Positions 53,321 to 64,000 of a DNA stretch of 64,000 nt are shown here, in pieces. Positions within the stretch are counted from its first letter, which is position 1. Every line of letters begins with the position of its first letter. Both the position numbers and the translations under genes were made by a program. This DNA is from Eledone cirrhosa (Eukaryota). The notes under the pieces were generated by a model that was not told the DNA's origin, made no database searches, and saw only the letters and a program-made list of their open reading frames with translations. The DNA is taken from NCBI GenBank assembly GCA_964016885.1, contig OZ024746.1:6200001-6264000 (forward strand), written 5' to 3'.

Positions 53321-53624
53321 ATACGTTGAAGAGATATTTATCACAAATTCTGTAATCTCAATTTCCTATAAATAATAGTCGAAAACATTGGTGCAGTATA
53401 TTCCAAGATCAAAGTATTTTTGGTAAAATCTCTATATTTATGTATTTTATTTAGTTAATTTGTTTACAGACTTTTATGTTTGGATGACATCAACCATAAA
53501 TCTCTATAAAGTGTTCTGTCATTCTGGTGCCCCGCTGAGGAAACGAATGAAAGGCTTTTTTACACACAGTTATTTCACAGAAGCACATTTATTTCACAAA
53601 TGCTTATTTAACTATCTATCTATC

Positions 53625-53656
<32 letters not shown>

Positions 53657-53777
53657 CGCGCACACGCGTATATATACATATAAATATATATACATCATCA
53701 TCATTTTACGTCCGCTTTTCCCTGCTTGCAAGGGTGGGACGGGTCCTTCAACACAGCATCTTTCCACTTGTCACGTT

Positions 53778-54557
<780 letters not shown>

Positions 54558-54558
<1 letters not shown>

Positions 54559-55221
54559 CAATAAATGTAGGCTATGTAAAACAAAGATCGAAGATGTAAG
54601 CCACATTGTTGCCAGCTGCGAAAGAATGTCATCTCGCTACTACCTCCCCATGAGACACGATGGGATAGCTAGAACCATCTGGAACGCACTTCGGAAAACA
54701 AAATTAACAACAAACGAGGAAGAATATATTGAGACAGATGGCACTAAGGAATACTGGTGGAACCTGAAAATAAAAACTGCCACCAAATTAAAGCACAACC
54801 GGCCAGATATTGTTGTTTGGGCCCACACATTGAAAACGTGTTCTGTTGTGGAGATCAGCTGCCCACTTGATGTAAACGTTGTCAGCAAAATACAGGAGAA
54901 GGAGGACATCTACGGACCATTGATGAGGAGTTTACAAATCCAGTATCCAAGATACACCTTTAGCTTCATACCCATCATTATTGGAGCTACGGGTTATATA
55001 TACCAACCTGCTTGGACCAAAGTATGACTGAACTTGGATTTGCGGACAAAGAGCGCAGCTCCCTAATTCATAGTCTACAAATGGCTGCGATAGCTGGCAC
55101 CTTCAAAATTTGCAAAACATTCTTGCGATTCAAGGGATGACAATTTCTTTTCTTTTACAACCTTGCCACCAGGAAGGTGGCCGGTCAAAAAAATATACTC
55201 GAAATTAAAAGAAAGAGATAA
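54558..55221 (+). pseudogene. R4/Dong-like retrotransposon copy 3 (zinc knuckle, RLE, 3' UTR)
   Basis: Matches 11458-12120; TACA on both flanks; 2-bp TA insertion frameshift near 55000. Confidence 0.9.
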
Positions 55222-55617
55222 CATACATACGGCCAGCTGGTCGCTCAGTAAGCTTATCCACAATTCTGCTGTCTGTCATTCTATTTCTTTTGATAATATA
55301 TTATACTATATAGACTCAATTGATCTAATTATAAGGATCATGCATTCGATCAACTGGAAATCTTCTTTCCCATACACAACAGCCTAAATCCTTTTCAGCC
55401 AGCCTTACTGTTACGTCCGGACATTGCTCCTGGTGTGGCTTCATTGTGTATGATAATGCTCTGCAACAGCGCATTCTACTGTTAACTCATTATACACTGA
55501 AATCCAACAAGTGGACCTTTTCTTACGCTGTCAATGATTTCTACCAAATATATGACACACAAATACATATCGGTGATTTCTATTTGAAATGGATCATGTA
55601 TGTTCGAAAAGTGTTTG

Positions 55618-55659
<42 letters not shown>

Positions 55660-56016
55660 CCCACTCTACTACCCAAAGTATTGAGTACTGTGGTGCGTTA
55701 TGGTGCACCTGCTTCCTTACCACACTTCCTTCGTTATATACACACACATACCCTTTAACCACTTCGTGCCGTAGTATCACACACTACTAAGCATTCAGGA
55801 GTCACGTGTACTTTTAACATAATTCTTAAGAAGATTCGGAGTAACACGGTATGTTACATGCAAGACTAGTGGTTCTTTCAGTTACAGTTACAGTTATAAC
55901 TTATGTTTGGCAGTTGATTGGAACAACATGAAATAAAGTTTCTTGTGCAAGGACAGCACGCACTGGTAGGAATTGGACTTCTCTTCCTTACGATCGAGAG
56001 CCGAACTCTTTAAGTA

Positions 56017-56089
<73 letters not shown>

Positions 56090-56629
56090 TACATATATTT
56101 ATATATATATATTTATATATATATTTATATATATATATATGAAAACAGGGATAAAAAGACGATTATTAGGAAGAAAAAAATATTTTTTTCCATTTTTATA
56201 TATATATATATGTTTATGAAATTAACAGATTAAAGTTTAAGCAAAGAATCGCTGCTTTCACCCTTAACGGGATCTTCTGAATAAATATTGATATAAATAA
56301 ATATTTGCTCTAGGGTTCTTATATATTTGATATATATTTATCCTTATCGAGCCCTCTTTGGATTTTAGTCTTCGCATTTATTATTATTACTATATATAGA
56401 TATATAGCATCATCATCATCATCGTTTAACGTTCATTTTTACCCGCCTGCATGGGTTAGACGAGTTGTCCAGATGTAACCCAGGCCAGATCAGACGACCG
56501 TGTCTTGCTCACACTGGACCGAGTTTGGCTTGGTTGCCACGGCTAGATGCCCTTCCTAACGCCAACGACATTTACAGTGGGGACTGGATGGTTTTTTGCC
56601 GTGACACCTATGCGACCACTTTATATATA

Positions 56630-56682
<53 letters not shown>

Positions 56683-56758
56683 GTGTAACCACTTCTATCT
56701 AACTCGTCCCTTGGACTGAGTGCTCAACCACTACCGATATTACCTTCCAGTGTTCTAC

Positions 56759-56858
<100 letters not shown>

Positions 56859-56939
56859 GGTAAACAGAAATAACAACACAATCGGTACAGTATAAGGAAG
56901 GTATATATTAGGTTAACGCTTGATATAGCAGGAAGTGGG

Positions 56940-56975
56940 TCTTAACGTTTCGGGCGCTAGCCCTTCATCAGAAGA
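56940..56975 (-). ncRNA. Minimal hammerhead with loop-less stem III (family H), second copy
   Basis: TCTT-CTGATGA-a-GGGC tagc GCCC-GAAACGTT^AAGA. Confidence 0.78.
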
Positions 56976-57190
56976 AAAAATGACAAATAAAATAGATTAA
57001 GAGGACGGGCGGGATGGAATTGGATAAAATGTCTTTAGATAAAAATAATAGGTCCATTCATGTTGACATCTCTTGGTGATGTCGTTTTGTGTATGATTAG
57101 TTTTTTAGAGAAGTGGATGATGGCGCGCGTCTACCTGAAATGGAAAAAAAAACCGTTTTGGAAAAAGAGCTATACTTGAGCACGTGCGTA

Positions 57191-57221
<31 letters not shown>

Positions 57222-57500
57222 AAGGAAAAAAGATGAAATCGAAAATGCAGATGCGAGAAAAACCACAAACCCTCCATCTCAATTCTACTTTTGAAAAGCA
57301 TAAGAACTGTGAAACCGGTAAAGGAACCAAATAAATATTCTTAAAAAGACTCCAGTTGCATTTTCGATTTCATCTTTTTTCTTTATACTTTCACTCGTGT
57401 AGGACATCTCGGTTTTTTTTCATTTTGGAAAAAAACCTAATTTTCTAATATATATATATATAGCGGTCGACTGATGAGATGGTGAGATGGGAGTTCTGTC

Positions 57501-57533
<33 letters not shown>

Positions 57534-57955
57534 CGTGCGTGTGCACATACACATATCGATATCTATATATAGTTGAATCCTTAGTTTTGATAGCCTCAGA
57601 AAAATATCATATGTACTGATCCGTTTGATTGAGCTGCACAATTTCAATATTCTTGTTTTTAAATAATGTTCGTTGACAAGGTATTTCTTAGTCTAGTTTT
57701 AATTAGCTTTATTTCCTCTTTTCTATTAAATTCCTTCAATTGAGACATTTAATATTTCTCTAAATAGATCAGTTACCTTTCCTTGTTTGCATCGTTTCCT
57801 TCAAAACATGCATCAGTTATTCTGATTAGCGATTCAATGAAGATTTAATTTTGAATGAATAAATTCGAATAATGAATGCGTTTTCTAACAGTGTAATTCC
57901 GAAAAGGACGCACCATATATATGTATATAATATATATATAGCTATATATGTATAT

Positions 57956-58145
<190 letters not shown>

Positions 58146-58707
58146 CAGAGTGTGTGTGTGTAGGACAAATTAAGATATGTTCAAAGAAAATGGAGGCTTG
58201 TTATTTCTGTCGGACACAATTCTTTCAACTTTATTCGTAAAAGCTCTGGCCATTAATAAAGCAGAGACGGGGGCCTATGATGAATATTACTATAGTTTCC
58301 TCCTTGGTTACTAAAAATTATCAGATTTGTCTCATCAACATGAACGTTTAATTTTCTATGGAATTAATTCTTAATTTCTTAAAATTATCTTTTCTTTCCC
58401 TCGAAAGTCACTAATAGTTGCGACCGGAGATTCGTTTGCCTTCTTCATTTCATTAAGAATTTGTACCACGATTTATTCAGTACTTCATCACCTGCTTGAT
58501 TTATATACCTTGCTATTTGCTCGTTTGTCTTATTTTTCATATTTCATTCATTTTAGTTATACAAATTACCCTGACTCGCAATCTTTGCCACTCAACTTGT
58601 ACTTCGCTAATTTTCTGTTTGTTAATCAAGACAAACTTAAAAAGGCTATGTTTCACTATTGCGGTATACTAATAGCCTAACCGTAACATTTTTAATCTCA
58701 GCCTTAA

Positions 58708-58927
58708 CCCTTTAGCATTTACATTACTCTATATTTACTATTATATTAACATGGTAAACACTTTATTTCACATATTACCTCACATAATATTGAAACTATG
58801 AGACTTTAATATTATTTATTTTGAGAACAATACCTTAACATCAGTATGAGTGGCTGGCAATGGACAGTTTGAACAGAGTGGGGTGAGAAAATTCTAGTCG
58901 GATATGGCCGGTTTAAATGCTAAAGGG
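58708..58927. mobile_element. piggyBac-like MITE
   Basis: 14-bp TIR CCCTTTAGCATTTA / TAAATGCTAAAGGG with TTAA on both sides. Confidence 0.85.
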
Positions 58928-59669
58928 TTAATTCACTGTTTAATATATCCTAAATTTCTTGGAAATCTTCGCGTTTCTTTCAGATAATTCAGGTTCTACC
59001 AGGATTTTGTTTTTCATCCAACAAATAAGCGAATTAAAATTCGTGCACTTGATAGCTGACCGACATATATGTAGCTTAATAGACAATCACCTCAATGTCT
59101 GCAATATGTAGGATGAATAGTCAGGAAGTTCTCAAACACAATCACGAGGGCCCGTGTTCCATCCAATTGCATGGTATTTTGATCCCAACTATAGTGAAGG
59201 TGCGTAACTTAGTGGTTAGAGAATTGGATTCGCAATCGTGAGGTTCCGATGCGTTATGTCCTTGAGCAAGACATTTTATTTCTTGTTGCTCCTTCTGCCA
59301 GGAGCTGCAACTAGTAGAGAGTATCAACAATAGAAATATCAATGGAAACATTGTCTCCTTGTTCCAATTTGACGAGCACTACTCCACTCAGAAACCGAAT
59401 GTAGTCTGAGATCTTGTCGATCGATTCCTGTATATGTGAGTAAAATATGTAGACAAAACCTGTATGTCAGCCAGCAGTATGTATCGTTTGAGGATTGAAA
59501 GGTCCAATTTTATGTCATGTTAACTCAACTTGTGAATTATGTTAAGGGTAGACGTGTTTGTGGAATACTGAGCCACTTGCACATTAATGCAAGAGATAGA
59601 CGTTCAGTTGATGGAACAAACGAATCCTCATGGTCAAAATCGGCAAAGAATTCGTCATATTCATCATAA

Positions 59670-60093
59670 TGATATTTTTTATTTAGGCACAAAGACAGTA
59701 ATTTTAGGGCGGACGTAGTCGATTAAATTGATTTCAATACTAGATTGGTATTTTATTTTGACGACCCCGAAAGAAAAAAAGACAAAGAAATAATCGGATT
59801 ACTTACGGCATTTCTAGGACATTTTATAAAGCCTGGCGGAACCCATCTTCTCTTCAGGTCCGACTACAGCAGATTTCCTCCAGTGATGGATAGAAAGAGT
59901 GAGAGAATGGGAGTGAGAACGAGATATAGAGGAAGAATCGACCTCAGTACTAAACTGGTACTTTTGTTATCGATCTCGAATTGATGAAAGGCAAATTAGA
60001 CCTCAGCGGGATTTAAACTCAGAAAGCAGAGAATCGGAAATGAATACCGCAAAGCATTCTGTTCGACGTCCTCACGATTCTGCCAATTCGCCG
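59670..60093 (-). mobile_element. Degenerate, interrupted SINE copies
   Basis: Reverse-complement core fragments at ~59750 and ~59960. Confidence 0.55.
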
Positions 60094-60446
60094 TCTTCTA
60101 TAATCACATGTAGCATTATCACATGTAGCATTATCACATGAGGTGGTTAGGTTAGAGAAAATATCTGAATATTTGAGACATTACACAAACGTGGTGTAGA
60201 GGGATGGGAGGGTAGTGGTAGTCAAGGACGTGATGCAACAAGACTCATTTACTTATAGTACAACCTTTACCAGTTAATATTAATTAACAATAACTCAATA
60301 TGATTTAGAAGACAGGCGTATCTAAACCAGTGGAGAATATATATCTATATATGATAATCATACCTTTAGTCGTGCTGGGCGTATTTTAAGCGGTGATCAC
60401 AGACACATCATTATCACAGCTGCAAGCATGACACATCGTAATTAAA

Positions 60447-61352
60447 CACCGGATCCCAAATAATGGGTGGTGGTGGTGGGTTGTAATAAGCAGAGGAATT
60501 AGAATAAGGCGGGTAGCAGGGTAGTTGGAATAAACGGAGTGAGGTTGGAGAATTGGTAACTTTTCTAGGCTGCCTCTCTTGACTTTTTTTAAAAACCAGA
60601 ATTAGTCTTTTAGTTTACATATTGAGACTCCAACCCATCCTATTTACTTTATAACGCATGGGATTTCTAGTAATGTACTTTTTTTGTCATATATAATGTT
60701 TTTTATTGTATAAAGAAAATTAATTGTAGCAGGAATGCTACCACTTAAAATAAAATTTCGCCGGAGAAAGATTAGCAAAGTTTAATAAGCGATGTGGGGG
60801 GGTGGGGGCATTATTCGAGACCCGAGAGGAAATTTATTTAAAACAAATCCACAAACGTGCTTCAGTTAACTTTTCAGAGACAATATAACATGAAACTGCT
60901 TCTGGATCTATGATACAAATTCTTTTTAAATGATTATATTTATCTAAAAATACAAAAAATCTTCCATCGAAATTTATATTAAAATATCTACTCTCGGATA
61001 TCAAATAACCCCTCTTGCATGATATTCAATTTTACTAATCTCTCTCTCTATATATATCTCTCTAACTCCGGCGAAATTTTACTTTAAGTGGCAGCATTCC
61101 TGTGACGATTAATTTTCTTTAGACATTAAAAACATTATACATGACAAAAAAAGAACATTACAAGAAATCTCATCTGTTATAAACTAAATAGGATGGGTTT
61201 GGGTCTCTAAATACTGGTTTTTTAAAACTTCAACGAAGACGTCCTAGAAAAACTACCGATTCTCCACCCACACGCATATTCCGTCCCTCTGCTTATTCCA
61301 ACACCCCAATTATTCCATCAGCCCCACCCTATTATTTTGGACCCGTGAGTAA
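60447..61352. mobile_element. Two MITE copies in inverted orientation (family of 25210-25690)
   Basis: 60590-60770 is the reverse complement of 61065-61250. Confidence 0.6.
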
Positions 61353-61547
61353 GATACATTTTATGTAGATATAAATACCGTTCTGTTCTGAAATGATTGA
61401 ACAAGTACGGCGTTGTTTGACTCAATAAGTTTCCCTAGTTTAGTTTAATATCTTTCTCTCTGTCTACCTTAATAAAAGGTCAAAGTCAGCCTAGTTGGGT
61501 GATGTCTAAAAACATCTGACTGATAAAATTACAAGTCAGTCAATCAT

Positions 61548-61778
61548 ATTGGTGGCCTCCCCACAGCCCCGGCGGACAGGATGGAGAAGGCGTTTCCCCG
61601 GAGGTCGGCAAGGGAGATGCGCTGGAAAAACCATTCCAGCTCGCGAGGCTCACACCTGCGGCTGGTCAGCTCAGCGCCTATGGTGGTGAGTAGGGAGGTA
61701 GCCTTAGGTCCGAGGACACCAGAAGTCTCCACTGCCAAGGGTACAACCGCAAACCTATCGGAGAGCGACTGATATTTG
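61548..61778 (-). pseudogene. CRE-clade-like RLE non-LTR retrotransposon C-terminal fragment
   Basis: KY..L...F..VPLAVETSGVLG...FQRISLA.LRGNA; GC-rich island in AT-rich DNA. Confidence 0.75.
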
Positions 61779-62077
61779 AAGAGTTCTGAAATTATAAACC
61801 TCTCGGTGAAAATAAACAAGCCTAACCAAACTCTTGTTATTCAGGCAGAAAGTCGTCAGATATTTCCTTCGCGGGATTTCCCAGTTTATTTCGCTGTTCA
61901 TGGGGAAATGAATAACACGGTCTTCACCTCCGACCAGGATTTACAGCTTTTTTCATGCTTAATCAAAAGCATCTACCTATACGTTTTGCCTGTAAAGAAA
62001 CTATTAATTTATTATTCGGTACATTCTTCTGTTCTGGAAAGTTTTATATCTAAACCTACTTAACTGATAGTTAAATA

Positions 62078-62291
62078 ATGGTTTCTGATTTGGGCACAAG
62101 GCCAACAATTGGGGGGGGGGGGGTCGATTGAATCGACCCCAGTACGTTATTCATACTTTATTTTATCGACCGTATAAGTATGAAATACAAATTTAACCTC
62201 GACGGAAATTGAATTCAAAACATAAAGGGCCGTAACTCTATGCTGCAAAGCATGTTGTCCGCGGCCTGCCGATACAGCAAATCCACTACCC
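62078..62291 (-). mobile_element. SINE
   Basis: Reverse-complement core; flanked by repeated ACTGATRGTTAAATAATG. Confidence 0.75.
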
Positions 62292-62905
62292 TTACTGATG
62301 GTTAAATAATGCTGGTCTCAAGAAAGATTCTGTCTCTTAAAATCAAAGTTCGGTAACCCAATAATAGTTACCGAGTAAGATGATGCACATTTTCTATATA
62401 TTGGTAATCTCAAGTTGGCTTTTACGTTTTTCTTTTTTCACTATAGAAATCTAATACCTTAGACCCAAATAACTAATAAATTCAAAGAACATTTATTGAG
62501 CACTTTGTGTAAATATCACGTTATGATTAGATATAATACATCATGTGGGGCATGTAGGTATCTTATTATAGTACAGTACACATTTATTTCCGTCTGCAAG
62601 GTTTATATGTCCAACTTATCAGATTTTTCTCCATAGTCAAACAACGTTAACGCCTGAAATGTTCAAATTAATAAAAAAAAAAACTTCCAATCGCTCAACG
62701 GTTCAAAAATAGATCGTTTACACACACACTCACACACACATGTTTACGAACTATGAAATGGCGGCAGCAATGAAAATATCTTTTCCACATTAAGATATAT
62801 ACTTTTTCACAAATATTATATGCTTTATATATATGTACAAAATACTGTTTCTCAAACGATATATGGTTCTTTCTTTCTATATATATACATATATCTTTTA
62901 ATTTG

Positions 62906-62964
<59 letters not shown>

Positions 62965-62985
62965 TGTACACTTTATATATATATA

Positions 62986-63260
62986 TAATATGGAAAACGA
63001 AGAATCAGTGATGCATCGGAATACAATGTATTACGTATTACAATTGTTTCTCCGGCGAACAGCTCGAGGTGCGATCTGTTTGTGGATCCAAGCAAATCGT
63101 CTTTGCTTCGAAATCACTAGACGTATCTGAGGAACTTGCGAATCCAGAGTCAAGTTCGATCCACAAACAGATCGGACCTCGAGCTGTTCACCGGAGAAAC
63201 ATTTGTAATACGTAATGAATTGTGTTCCGATGCATCACTGATTTTTCGTTTTTCATATTA
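62986..63260. repeat. ~100-bp-arm inverted repeat (hairpin / MITE-like)
   Basis: 62986-63089 pairs with 63158-63260. Confidence 0.8.
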
Positions 63261-63314
63261 TTATACTCTGCTCAACCGGCATACCGTCTATGGACGTATC
63301 CAAGCAACCTTACT

Positions 63315-63471
<157 letters not shown>

Positions 63472-64000
63472 TATACTTATATGTAGTCTACACGCAATGT
63501 TACCACATCAATGCCAGTACCTGTCAAATTCACAATTTATATTTTAGAAACACCAGTTATTTTACCATTAGTATATACATGTGCGCATTGATCCGTATAA
63601 ATATGAGCTTCGTATTCAAAGGAGAAGAATACGACATTGAATCATTGATTACCTTTAGCTTATATGATGTGAATTAGCTTTAAGTAAGTATATAAAACGT
63701 TTGACAGTTCCGTCTTACAAGCAGCTTACTTCAGAGCCTTGCTCTGGCCTGAATATATCATATTTCTTGACGAGGGTCATCGTCAATATTAGGGGCTTAA
63801 TTCATATTACGCTTCACGACACAGTTTTGTACAAATTTGAACAGAAATTGGGGATGTATGCATCTAATACATTTAAGAATGGCATGCGGTCCCAAACGGT
63901 GGCCTTGTATTAACATTATTTGTTTAGTTTCAATAGATTAGCAATTATATAAGTTAAACACTTACAGAGTTACTATATTCCCCTGATGAGATATCGGGGA

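Overview
Eukaryotic, very AT-rich, repeat-dominated animal DNA. It is most likely an octopus or other cephalopod, inferred from the abundant tRNA-derived SINE and the (TA)n/(CA)n/(TACA)n load. No host protein-coding gene can be supported, and most ORFs in the track are translated microsatellites or SINEs. Contents: two large minisatellites (39 bp and 29 bp units); three 5'-truncated R4/Dong-like RLE retrotransposons, all in (TACA)n; five copies of a ~600 bp non-coding retroposon that uses the same microsatellite; several Penelope-like element (PLE) relics, including a near-complete Naiad-like RT/GIY-YIG copy; Helitron, CRE and CR1/L2 fragments; MITEs; and ~15 SINEs. The notable signal is non-coding: at least seven distinct families of type I hammerhead ribozyme (HHR) motifs can be folded by eye. 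The best candidate for an undescribed system is a 591-bp ORF-less tandem/inverted array at 21660-23787. Each unit carries an HHR with a covariant U3-A8 core (UUGAUAA) and an enlarged domain II, and the array starts 9 nt after the predicted self-cleavage site. This fits a retrozyme-like element, possibly copied from a circular RNA. All folds were made by hand and catalytic activity is untested.
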